IMG/VR virus record: IMGVR_UViG_3300023174_005338
Location: 124,001 to 188,000 of that record
Reading direction: 5' to 3' (one strand)
Length of the DNA stretch: 64,000 nucleotides
A program made the position numbers and the translations under genes. The notes beneath the pieces were generated by a model. The model was not told the DNA's origin. It searched no databases and worked only from the letters and a program-made list of their open reading frames with translations. This document shows positions 9,144 to 19,100 of the stretch, in pieces (the stretch's first letter is position 1; each line of letters begins with the position of its first letter).

Positions 9144-9263
9144 ATGTTAGACACTATATTATGGATAGCACTAGGAGCATTCGTGGGCTGGAACTTTCCA
9201 CAGCCATTCTGGGCCAAGGCCATACAACAAAAAATAGTTTCAATGATAAAGGATAAAAAATGA
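9144..9263 (+). CDS. Small membrane protein (39 aa; not in ORF track)
   Basis: MLDTILWIALGAFVGWNFPQPFWAKAIQQKIVSMIKDKK; SD AAGGAG; ATGA overlap with next gene. Confidence 0.7.
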   Translation: MLDTILWIALGAFVGWNFPQPFWAKAIQQKIVSMIKDKK

Positions 9264-9451
9264 ACTCAATTATGAAAATCTGTTGGGCCACAGTCATTGC
9301 CGTGAGCTTGATCACCGTTGCCAATGCCGCTGGTGAAATCAAACGTGTTTGCAAAACCGACGATAAGACCAAGAAAGAAGTGTGCAAGGACATCAAAGTA
9401 CACAAGAAACTGGAAGGTACACCAGTACCTGACAAATCAGCCAAGAAGTAA
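9260..9451 (+). CDS. Small exported basic protein (63 aa, two Cys after the signal)
   Basis: Signal peptide ending ANA, Lys-rich mature part. Confidence 0.65.
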   Translation: MNSIMKICWATVIAVSLITVANAAGEIKRVCKTDDKTKKEVCKDIKVHKKLEGTPVPDKSAKK

Positions 9452-9480
9452 TTGACCTTGCACCCAATGGCCAGTATAAT
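9452..9480 (+). promoter_or_regulatory. sigma70-like promoter
   Basis: TTGACC-17 nt-TATAAT upstream of dnaJ-like gene. Confidence 0.7.
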
Positions 9481-9503
9481 TACTATGCTGGCCATTTTCT
9501 TTT

Positions 9504-10277
9504 ATGCAGAATCCTTATCAAACTCTAGGCGTTGATCGCAGCGCATCACCGGATGAAATAAAACGGGCCTATCGCCGCTTGGCCAGCCAGCATCATCCTG
9601 ACAAAGGCGGAGACAAGGCTCGCTTCCAGGAAATACAAGCAGCCTACGAGTCTATAACCAATCCCCGGCCAAACAATTTCCAAAACACACAAAATCCGTT
9701 TGGCCAGACCAACAATAGTTCATTTGATTTTGATCATATATTCAACATATTTGGTGCCAGATTCCAACAACCGCATCAACGCATGCAACAACAGGCACGC
9801 ATGAGTCTCTGGATCACACTCAAAGATGCGGCACAAGGCGGCCCTCGTAGCATCACTGTTGGCACTGCCCAAGGCACCCAGGTAGTAGAGATAGAGATAC
9901 CTCGGGGCATCAACGATGGTGATTCGGTACAGTATCCAGGCATTGGCCCTGGTGGCATGGACCTGATCATCAGCTTTAGAATACATCCTGATGCGCAGTG
10001 GACACGACAAGGTCTAGATCTGGTCACCGAACACACCTTGAACATTTGGGACCTGATTTTGGGCACTGAGTTGCCGGTACGTGATGTACTTGGCAACCAA
10101 CTCAATGTAAACATTGCCGCAGGCACTCAACCCGGTACCATGATGAGATTACGGGGCCGTGGAATCACTGCCAGATCTGGTCAAGCAGGAGATCTTTTGA
10201 TCAAGATCCAGACCCGTATACCCACAAATATACCCGAAGATCTGGTCGTGCAGATCCGAGACCGATGCCGAAAATAA
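9504..10277 (+). CDS. DnaJ/CbpA-like co-chaperone (no zinc finger)
   Basis: J-domain with HPD (HHPDKGGD), G/F-rich linker, C-terminal peptide-binding domain (GTQPG, GDLLI). Confidence 0.9.
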   Translation: MQNPYQTLGVDRSASPDEIKRAYRRLASQHHPDKGGDKARFQEIQAAYESITNPRPNNFQNTQNPFGQTNNSSFDFDHIFNIFGARFQQPHQRMQQQARMSLWITLKDAAQGGPRSITVGTAQGTQVVEIEIPRGINDGDSVQYPGIGPGGMDLIISFRIHPDAQWTRQGLDLVTEHTLNIWDLILGTELPVRDVLGNQLNVNIAAGTQPGTMMRLRGRGITARSGQAGDLLIKIQTRIPTNIPEDLVVQIRDRCRK

Positions 10278-10348
10278 ATACTCTAACAACTTGCAAAAAG
10301 TACCAAAGTGTTGTAAACTAGTCGTAAGTACCAACAACAAAGGCCCGC

Positions 10349-12625
10349 ATGCAAAACAATCCTGAAATTGAACAAATTGTCGATCTGGCTGTAAAATTGG
10401 CTCGAGATCGGCATCATGAATATGTAATGACCGAGCATGTGTTGTTGAGCCTTATTCGTCATGAACCATTCCGTCGTGTGCTAGAAAAGTTTGGCACTGA
10501 TGTGGTGCGACTGGATTCAGAACTTGATGCTTATTTGTCTGGCTTGGTCGCAGTGGTTACCGACAAAGACATCCAACCCAAAAAGACCAATGCCTTGGAA
10601 CGCTGTTTCAATCGCGCACTCACGCAGGTGTTGTTTACCGGTCGCAGGACCATCAGCACCGTGGATCTTTATCTGGCCATGATGAGCGAAACCAATAGCC
10701 ATGCACATTATTTCTTGCTCAAGTACGGAGTCAAAAAAGCTGAATTTGTAGATTTTTATCAGACCAACTACAAACAAAGTGATGTACGACTCACTGATCA
10801 ACAGGCCACAGAAATACTCACAGAACACTGTACCAACCTCACACGTCTGGCCCAGGAAGATAGACTGGAGCCCATGATTGGTCGCACCGCCGAGCTGGCA
10901 GAAATGATCACAGTGTTGGCCCGCAAGTTCAAGGCCAATGTGCTCATGGTTGGAGATCCTGGCGTGGGCAAGACTGCCATAGTGGAGGGCCTGGCCCAGG
11001 AAGTAAGTGCAGGTCGTGTGCCTGAGTTTCTCAAGGGTCACGAAGTCTGGAGTCTGGAAGTTGGTAGCCTGTTGGCCGGATCAAAGTATCGCGGTGAGTT
11101 TGAAGAAAAATTCAAGGCCGTGATCACTGCCCTGGAAACCAAGAAAAACTGCATCTTGTTCATTGACGAAGCACACACCATCAAGGGCGCTGGATCCAGC
11201 AGCCAAAGCACCTTGGACATGGCCAACATGCTTAAACCGGCCATAACCAAGGGCAACCTCAAAGTGGTAGCTTCAACCACCTGGGAAGAATACTACGAAA
11301 GCTTTGAAAAAGATCGTGCGCTCATGCGCAGATTCCATAGGGTCAGCATTGATGAACCCACGAGAGAAACCACGGAACAGATCCTGATTGGCCTGAGCCC
11401 TCGATTGGAAGTGTTCCATAATGTGCTGATCGACACCGAAGCCATTACTGCCGCTGTGGAAATGAGTGGTCGTTACATACACGATCGCAAAAATCCCGAC
11501 AAAAGCATTGACTTGCTGGACGGTGCCTGTGCTCAAGAACGTGTGAAAGATCTAGGAAATGTAACTGTGAACAAACAAATGATCATGGCTCAGCTGAGTC
11601 GTGTCACAGATGTGCCCTTGGATCGCCTGGAAAATGAACGCAGCACCAAGATAGTGGAATTGGAAAGCAATATCAAACAAAAACTGTATGGACAAGATGC
11701 CGCAGTGGATCGAGTGCTGGAACGTGTTTACATCAATTTTTCCGGCATTGGCAATACCAAAAGGCCCATTGCCAGTTTCTTGTTCCTGGGACCCACTGGC
11801 ACCGGCAAGACCGAACTGGCCAAACTGCTGGCAGAAAATCTTGACATGACGTTGCTAAAATATGACATGAGTGAATATCAGGAACGCCACACTGTGTCAG
11901 GACTCATAGGTGCGCCTCCGGGCTATGTGGGCTTTGAAGATGGCAATCTCGGCGGCGGCAAGCTGATCTCGGACGTGAACAAGCACCCGTTCAGCATTTT
12001 GTTGTTTGATGAGATAGAAAAGGCACATCCAGATGTCATAAACATCATGTTGCAGATGCTGGACGAAGCCAGAATTACCAGCAGTGCAGGCAAGACCGTG
12101 GATCTCAAAAACTGCATCATTATCATGACTTCGAATCTGGGTGCCCGAGACAACGAAAACAACAACATTGGTTTTGGACAGAGTCTGGAACGCACCGGCG
12201 AAGAAGACCGTGCCATGAAAGATTTTTTCAAACCAGAACTGCGAAATCGCATAGACTCAGTGTGCAAGTTCAACAAACTGGATACCTTGGCCATAAAGAA
12301 AGTGGTGATCAAGTTTGTGGATGAACTCAAAGACAGCCTGCTCAACAGAAACATCAAACTCAATCTAGCCGAGCCAGTGATCAACCTGTTGGCTGAACGT
12401 GGCTACGACAGTCGCATGGGTGCTAGGCCCTTAGGTCGCAAAATAGACGAACTGATACGTGTGCCGCTGAGCCGCCGCATCTTGTTTGACAGACTTGAAA
12501 ATTGCACAGTGAACACCACAGTGGTTGATGATCAAATTGAGTTTTCTGTTGACACACCACCGGCCACACCCATGGTCGACCAAGATGGATACATAGTCCT
12601 TGACCAACCCAACTCGTCCATTTAA
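10349..12625 (+). CDS. clpA: ClpA-like Hsp100 ATPase
   Basis: Clp N-domain, two Walker A (GDPGVGKT, GPTGTGKT), GAPPGYVG, IGF loop, no ClpB middle domain. Confidence 0.85.
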   Translation: MQNNPEIEQIVDLAVKLARDRHHEYVMTEHVLLSLIRHEPFRRVLEKFGTDVVRLDSELDAYLSGLVAVVTDKDIQPKKTNALERCFNRALTQVLFTGRRTISTVDLYLAMMSETNSHAHYFLLKYGVKKAEFVDFYQTNYKQSDVRLTDQQATEILTEHCTNLTRLAQEDRLEPMIGRTAELAEMITVLARKFKANVLMVGDPGVGKTAIVEGLAQEVSAGRVPEFLKGHEVWSLEVGSLLAGSKYRGEFEEKFKAVITALETKKNCILFIDEAHTIKGAGSSSQSTLDMANMLKPAITKGNLKVVASTTWEEYYESFEKDRALMRRFHRVSIDEPTRETTEQILIGLSPRLEVFHNVLIDTEAITAAVEMSGRYIHDRKNPDKSIDLLDGACAQERVKDLGNVTVNKQMIMAQLSRVTDVPLDRLENERSTKIVELESNIKQKLYGQDAAVDRVLERVYINFSGIGNTKRPIASFLFLGPTGTGKTELAKLLAENLDMTLLKYDMSEYQERHTVSGLIGAPPGYVGFEDGNLGGGKLISDVNKHPFSILLFDEIEKAHPDVINIMLQMLDEARITSSAGKTVDLKNCIIIMTSNLGARDNENNNIGFGQSLERTGEEDRAMKDFFKPELRNRIDSVCKFNKLDTLAIKKVVIKFVDELKDSLLNRNIKLNLAEPVINLLAERGYDSRMGARPLGRKIDELIRVPLSRRILFDRLENCTVNTTVVDDQIEFSVDTPPATPMVDQDGYIVLDQPNSSI

Positions 12626-13307
12626 GACCGTAGCCAAAGATCGCCTGTTTTACGATCAGTTTGAATACTGCATAGGTTTCTACCTGGATGAAGTCAGTGC
12701 TCTACGCGAACTGGATCATGTCCGCATTGATGATCTTATACAGCGTAGGAAAGCCTGGCGTGAAGTAGCCCAACAACGCTGGATCAATGGAAAACAAAAA
12801 CACGGCACCATAATTAGCCGAAGCTGGCGAGATATCACAGATCAGACCCAGGCAGATTTGCACACTCTGGCCGACGTGTTGCTGACCACAGCTACGTCAT
12901 ACAAATTGGTGGTCAGTGTCAATCAAGGCTATGTGTATACCAACCAACTGTCCTTGATTGATCAGCTGGATACTATGCCTGAACTGAGACACAAAACTTA
13001 TAGCCGGGCCCGGATTATCAGGCCCAAAAATACCATACAGTTAAATAATCCCCGGCATGAATACAGGACCTATTTCCGTACGATCAAATTATCTTGGCAG
13101 GAAAAACAAGTGTTGATAGATTTTTTGCACAATCAGCAGGAGCATACAAGAATGAGTCCAGGCTTGAAAAATTGGGTTGACGACCCATTCACACGCACAC
13201 AGGACTATTTCTTTGTGGATCACAACGGCTCCAGCTGGCTGAGCATGCTGAGCCTGGTACGCCCTGGTATAATAAGAAAAACACTTCAAATTATCCCGGC
13301 TAAATAA
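12600..13307 (+). CDS. Hypothetical protein (235 aa)
   Basis: Long ORF, TTG start uncertain. Confidence 0.6.
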   Translation: MTNPTRPFKTVAKDRLFYDQFEYCIGFYLDEVSALRELDHVRIDDLIQRRKAWREVAQQRWINGKQKHGTIISRSWRDITDQTQADLHTLADVLLTTATSYKLVVSVNQGYVYTNQLSLIDQLDTMPELRHKTYSRARIIRPKNTIQLNNPRHEYRTYFRTIKLSWQEKQVLIDFLHNQQEHTRMSPGLKNWVDDPFTRTQDYFFVDHNGSSWLSMLSLVRPGIIRKTLQIIPAK

Positions 13308-13313
13308 TACACT

Positions 13314-13478
13314 ATGGCAAAAATTAATGAACAAACCCTGGTAGTAACTGTGAGCCAATTGGTTCGAGACGATGTGCCCACTGCAGATCTATTAAGTGCT
13401 GAAGTTGTGGCCCAGTTGGAAGTGGTTGTGGCTGAACTGGCTGGTGCTGGCACCTTGGTCGAAATCAAACAGGCATGA
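13314..13478 (+). CDS. Small hypothetical protein (54 aa; not in ORF track)
   Basis: MAKINEQTLVVTVSQLVRDD...IKQA; TAAATA 13301-13306; ATGA overlap. Confidence 0.7.
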   Translation: MAKINEQTLVVTVSQLVRDDVPTADLLSAEVVAQLEVVVAELAGAGTLVEIKQA

Positions 13479-13843
13479 CAGCGTATACCACTCAATATCT
13501 GTTGCAAGATGTGATCTATGGTACAGCATCGGGTAATTATGACGGCTCCAGCCAAGACTTTGTGAGCAATGCTTTGCCTGCGGCCAATTACTATGGCGGC
13601 CAGGGCAGTTTACAAACCATCACATTTCGCCTGACAGGTTTTTCAGGTATCATCACCATTGAAGCTACACTCAACGACACACAAGATTCGGCCCCCTGGT
13701 TTGATGTGTATGAATATGACGCAGCTAGCTCGGCTGTGACCGATTATCATCCTGCTAATGTGATCGGCAACTTTGTTTGGTTGCGAGCCCGAGTACAAAA
13801 CTTTGACAGTGGTGAAATTAATTTTGTCACAGTGGCCTACTGA
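13475..13843 (+). CDS. Hypothetical beta-rich protein (122 aa)
   Basis: Coupled ORF. Confidence 0.65.
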   Translation: MTAYTTQYLLQDVIYGTASGNYDGSSQDFVSNALPAANYYGGQGSLQTITFRLTGFSGIITIEATLNDTQDSAPWFDVYEYDAASSAVTDYHPANVIGNFVWLRARVQNFDSGEINFVTVAY

Positions 13844-13844
13844 C

Positions 13845-14282
13845 ATGACCGATACAGTTACTATTTCCTGTGATTTAGATACCACTGACCCAGTGGCTAA
13901 GTTGGGTTTCGAAGCCTGGATTGATGACAAAAAATTCCATGACACAGATCATGTAGCACATTGTCAACGGATTTTTATAGAAATCCCAGATGACGATGCC
14001 GAACATGAACTGCGCCTGATCATGAAAAACAAAACCACGGAACATACTCAAGTAGATGAAGCAGGAAATATCATAGCTGATGCAAGACTCAAGATCACAG
14101 ATATAGCCTTTGATGAAGTACAGCTAGGGCATATGACCACAGAGCAGGCAATCTACGAACATAATTTCAACGGCACTCATGCCCTGTCTCAACACAAGTT
14201 TTACGGCGAGATGGGTTGCAATGGCACAGTGAGCCTGAAGTTTACCACACCCATTTATCTCTGGTTACTAGAGCACATGTAA
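13845..14282 (+). CDS. Hypothetical protein
   Basis: ATG 13845 right after upstream stop is the likelier start than 13773. Confidence 0.6.
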   Translation: MTDTVTISCDLDTTDPVAKLGFEAWIDDKKFHDTDHVAHCQRIFIEIPDDDAEHELRLIMKNKTTEHTQVDEAGNIIADARLKITDIAFDEVQLGHMTTEQAIYEHNFNGTHALSQHKFYGEMGCNGTVSLKFTTPIYLWLLEHM

Positions 14283-14298
14283 CCATAAATATATTACA

Positions 14299-15144
14299 AT
14301 GAACTATCTTGTAATATATCCCGGCAGATTCCATCCGTTCCACCTAGGTCACAAGGCCAGCTATGATTGGTTGACCAATGAATTTGGTGAAAACTCAGTG
14401 TTTATAGCCAGCAGTGAAAAACAGGATCCTGAAACCAGTCCATTCAAATATGGCGACAAAGTGACCATGATGACCAAATTGGGTGTGCCCGCTGGGCGCA
14501 TCAAGAAAGTTACAAATCCTTATCAGGCCACGGAAATCACCTCCGCCCTGTCCGATGAAGAAAAGGCCAACACAGTGTTGGTATTTGCTGTCAGCGACAA
14601 AGATGCCCAGCGTTTCGATTATCGACCCAGAGCCGACGGTTCTCCGTCCTACCTACAACCCCTGCCCGAGAAAGAAAAAGCTATCAAGCCCATGACCCAG
14701 CATGGATATGTTGTGGTGACTCCCACAGTGAATTTCCGAGTACAAGGAGCAGATGCCAACAGCGCCAGCCAGATACGCAAACTTTATACAGCGGGCAACG
14801 ACAATGATCGAGATCAGATCATTGTGGATTTGTATGGCGCCGCTGACCCAGAACTACGGGACGTATTTGACAAGGCCCTGGGAGTCAACGAACCCCAGGA
14901 AGGCATAATTTACGGGCAAGAAGCGGTATTTGCTGGTGATAATCCTGTCAACGTCATGCGTGAAGAACGCCTGGCATGCCTGCGTGAAAATATGGAATAT
15001 CTACAACAGCGCATACAAAAGTTAAGAGATGGCCTGGACTACATTGATGAAAAATGGAGTCGTAAATACAAACGCAGTATCAACTGTGCCAGGCCACGAG
15101 GATTCAGCCAAAAGGCACACTGCGCCGGTCGCAAGAAAAAATAA
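14299..15144 (+). CDS. HxGH (cytidylyltransferase-like) nucleotidyltransferase with C-terminal basic two-Cys module
   Basis: PGRFHPFHLGH, SASQIR; ends IDE-KWSRKYKRSINC...HCAGRKKK. Confidence 0.75.
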   Translation: MNYLVIYPGRFHPFHLGHKASYDWLTNEFGENSVFIASSEKQDPETSPFKYGDKVTMMTKLGVPAGRIKKVTNPYQATEITSALSDEEKANTVLVFAVSDKDAQRFDYRPRADGSPSYLQPLPEKEKAIKPMTQHGYVVVTPTVNFRVQGADANSASQIRKLYTAGNDNDRDQIIVDLYGAADPELRDVFDKALGVNEPQEGIIYGQEAVFAGDNPVNVMREERLACLRENMEYLQQRIQKLRDGLDYIDEKWSRKYKRSINCARPRGFSQKAHCAGRKKK

Positions 15145-15159
15145 CAGCCTGTATAATCA

Positions 15160-15189
15160 CTAGTAAATATCACACAATTTACTAGAGGA
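15160..15189 (+). promoter_or_regulatory. Late promoter inside a 9-bp hairpin abutting the SD
   Basis: CTAGTAAAT 15160-15168 / ATTTACTAG 15177-15185; TAAATA 15164-15169; SD GAGGA 15185-15189. Confidence 0.65.
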
Positions 15190-15193
15190 ACTC

Positions 15194-16096
15194 ATGGCTG
15201 AAAACAAAGACGCAGTACCTACCACCCAAACTCCACAGGCACCAGCAACACAGCCAGGACAACAACAAATACAAGTCAACATTGATTATTTGAAGACCAC
15301 CCGAGTGCATATCTGCATGCCTTGTTATGGTGGCATGCTCACAGAAAGCACATTCATGAGCTATATCAAATGGTCAAATACCTGCCGACAATTGGGCATT
15401 GATTGGACCATGGAAACCATGACCAATGAAAGTCTTATTTCACGAGCCAGAAACACACTCACAGCCAAGTTCCTGCACAACAAAGATTCTACACATTTAA
15501 TGTTTATCGACGCCGACATTGGTTGGGAACCCTGGCACCTGTTGGTCATGCTGAATCGTGACGTGGATGTGATCGGTGGCCTGTACCCCATGAAGAGCCT
15601 GCCGGTGAAATGGTGTGTCAACGGCTTTGACGGTGCTGAAGAAGGTCCTGATGGCCTACAAGAAGTATCGAAAACAGGCACTGGATTCATGCTGATCAAG
15701 CGCCATGTGTTCGAAAAATTAAATGCACATCCAGCTACCCGCCCATTCATAAATGACATCGGCCTGCCAGCAGAACTCAATCCCTACATGAAGACCTACT
15801 TTGACACAGCAGTGCGTGAAAATCGCTACTATAGTGAAGACTGGACTTTCTGTGAAAACTGGCGTGATATAGGCGGCCGAGTCTGGGTAGACAAACGCAT
15901 CTTGTTGAAACACACTGGAACCTATGTGTTTGATTTCCAGACCCAGGATCAGTTGTACAAGGATCTACATGCCTTGGCTCAAGCCAGCGGCCAGGCTGCA
16001 CCAGTAAATGCTGTGCCGGCTCCAGTGGCAGACAAGCCGGTGGTAGCAAAAACCATTGCAACTAGCAAAAAAGACAAGAAGAAAGCCAAAGCCTAA
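15194..16096 (+). CDS. GT-A fold glycosyltransferase-like protein
   Basis: ICMPCYGG, SLISRARN, LMFIDADIGW (DxD), YSEDWTFC. Confidence 0.7.
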   Translation: MAENKDAVPTTQTPQAPATQPGQQQIQVNIDYLKTTRVHICMPCYGGMLTESTFMSYIKWSNTCRQLGIDWTMETMTNESLISRARNTLTAKFLHNKDSTHLMFIDADIGWEPWHLLVMLNRDVDVIGGLYPMKSLPVKWCVNGFDGAEEGPDGLQEVSKTGTGFMLIKRHVFEKLNAHPATRPFINDIGLPAELNPYMKTYFDTAVRENRYYSEDWTFCENWRDIGGRVWVDKRILLKHTGTYVFDFQTQDQLYKDLHALAQASGQAAPVNAVPAPVADKPVVAKTIATSKKDKKKAKA

Positions 16097-16114
16097 CCAG
16101 CGGTAAATACACTC

Positions 16115-19100
16115 ATGAACATCCATGAGTTAGATTCCTACGATTTAGGCGATGCTGTCAAGTTCAATGATCAGTTAAATCCACGCCTCTGGGGCGCAGA
16201 CGAAAAAATGCGTCCCGAAGTGCGTGAACAACTATTAAAAATCGCTGATGATTTCCGTGAATTCCTGGGCATAGATGTCGAAGTCAAGGACATCACTGTT
16301 TCAGGCAGTAACGCAGCCTATACCTATACTCCACATTCAGACATAGATCTACATCTGGTAGTTGACCTTCCCAAGGCTGATGCAAGTGAAGTTTATCGCG
16401 AGCTGTTTGATGCCAAAAAGTATGCATATAATGACATGCATGACATCCAGATTGGTGGTTATGATGTGGAACTGTATGTGCAAGATGCCAACAAACAGCA
16501 TCACAGTCAAGGCATCTACAGCATAATGAACAATGATTGGGTTGCAGTGCCTCGACGTCGCAGACCCGATGTGGACGACATCAGTGTAAAAAGCAAGTTT
16601 GAAGATCTCGGCCATCGTATTGAAGCGGCGATCAAAACTGGTGACTACGACAAGATTTCAACCATGGCCGAAAAGGTCCGAGAATATCGTCAAGCCGGCC
16701 TGGATGCTCACGGTGAGTTTGGTCCTGAAAATTTAGCATTCAAGATACTAAGAACTCAAGGACTAATCAAACAATTATACGACGCTCGTAACGCGGCCAA
16801 AGACGAACTGCTGAGCCTGGATGAGCGCCGAAAGAAAAAGAAACGCAAATCAGTACGATACGGCTACGGTGCTTACTGGTATCCGGGCACGGCCTATGCA
16901 GGCCAAGATCATCCTGCTGGTACCGAAGGTGGCGATGGCGGTGGTGACGGAGGCGGCGAAAGCATTAGAGAGTCTGTGGAAACCGCTGACGAAGACATAC
17001 TTCGAGATTTTGTGGATTTTTGTATCAAAGAATTAAAGATCAAACACATGCCACAAGTCAAACTACGCCGTGATCCACAATGGCCTGCGGTACACCGAAC
17101 CTTTGGTCGCTACAATGATGAAAACAAAACACTAGAAGTGGCCTGGGGACAACGTCACATCATGGATGTGCTAAGAACCGTGGCGCATGAACTCACACAC
17201 AAGCATCAACACGAGCGTGAAGGTGATCGCATGGGCCCCGACGCTGGCGAAACCGGCAGCCCTTATGAAAATGAAGCCAATGCTCGAGCTGGTGTGCTCA
17301 TGCGTGACTATGGTCGACTACACCCCGAATACTTTACCGTGGGCCAAGCACAGGGTCTGTCTGGGGATTCTATGCAAGAAACAGCACCCATAGGATTTGT
17401 CATGCCCGGCATGACCACAGATCCTGTCAAGGCCTGGAAACGACAAGTGCGTGATTTGATCCTGCAATACCGCGAGGATCCTACCAGACTGGCCGCGTTG
17501 GCCAAAGAAAAAGGTCCTGGCAGTGCCGAAGCGGTGGCCTATGCCTATATCAGAAACCCCACGGCACGTATTCCTTTGCCACCGGGTGTTGAGGTCAAGG
17601 AAAGCGCTAGTGGTTATATTCCAACAAAAAAGCAGGCCAAGGACCCAAGATTTTCAATGGCACTCACAGTGGATATCAAACCCGGACAAGTGGGCAAAGA
17701 AGCCAACAAGTTGAAATTAAAAACAGATCGCCAAGGACATCCACAGATAGCCCGTGCCAATGGCTTGTTTGAGGATTTGATGTTGGAATATCAACAGTTC
17801 AAAGAAAAAAAACTGTTTGCACTGGCCGCCGAAGACTACAGTCCAGACAATCCACCGGGCCCAGAGTTCAAGCCAACCATGCCAGCCGGCACGCTACGAG
17901 TAGATGTAAGCGATGTGTATGACTGGTACAAATTGGGACAACATATCGCCAATATGAAAGGCCTAGGCCAGCACGACTTTGGCAAAGGACCACCCAGCAC
18001 CATAATCAGCTTTGGTGATGAAGATGAAGAACACAAATTTATTGGGGATCTGGAAGCTACAGGCCTGGATGTCACAGACATTGACCCTCGTGATCCTGTA
18101 AAACGTCCAGGCAAAACAATCAAGACCGATCCCACTTACAATGTAAATGAATTTGCTCCCACGCCAGATCGTGATGACAACGATTACGTTCCAGATCAGT
18201 TGTTGATTTTGGCCAATCGCTGGTGGAATGCCACAGACAAGCAACCACAGATTGAGCATGTGCTAAACAGCCTAGGCTGGAGTATAGCACAGGTAGAGTC
18301 CGAAGATGATGCTGTGCAACTACAGCACCGTGATGGCACTACATATTTTATCAGTGCCGATGAATTTGATCCTGACCTATATGAAGTCAGTGATCAACGC
18401 CTGCAACAATACTTGAGCCGCGCTGGCCAACAAGTGGATCGCCGGCAAGAACGCATGGCCCAGGCTCGCGAACGCTTGAACAAGGGTTATGAAATCTATG
18501 ACGCCGAAGATCCCACTCGCATAGTGCATAGATTTGAAGCTGACACTCCTCAAGAAGCTCGACGCTACTACGAACAGTACAATGACAACTATGATAGTGA
18601 CGTGGACTACAATCTAAGACTGCGCCGCGCCACAGGTTTGATGGAAAGTGAAGAAGAGCTAGACGAAGTAAAAATGAGTCCTGGAGCCTTGGAAAAGTTT
18701 GCTACGTCTAATGCCGCAAAAGGTATACGTGCTGGCTTTGAAGCCGAACTCATATTCCGCGACACACAGGGCAGCAGCGATGACTTAGATCCTGAACCCG
18801 ACTACGATGCTGATGAGCGTGCCTACAGCATACAGCAGGTCATAGATTTTTTCAGCAACGATGATTATGGTTATGGACTCAGCGATCGTGAGCAAATGCG
18901 ACTCACTGACAACCTAGACGAAACTTATATGACATGGCGCGACGAGCAGATGATCAGCGACTTCCGCAACGACGCCGAAGACTTGATCCGTGAAAAACTG
19001 CTTGATGAAACTCCCCTGAGCGAACGCATACACTTGTATCTCACTGACAGTGAACAAATGTCAGACAAAGAGGCCGACCGGATCATAGCCGCCGGCGTAG

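Noticed and set aside
8721-9256. Alternative-frame and antisense ORFs over the holin-like gene
   Set aside because: Explained by the stop-poor tandem repeat; no RBS or motifs.
10349-12625. ClpB disaggregase (suggested by adjacent DnaJ)
   Set aside because: 758 aa, no coiled-coil middle domain, IGF loop present: ClpA type.
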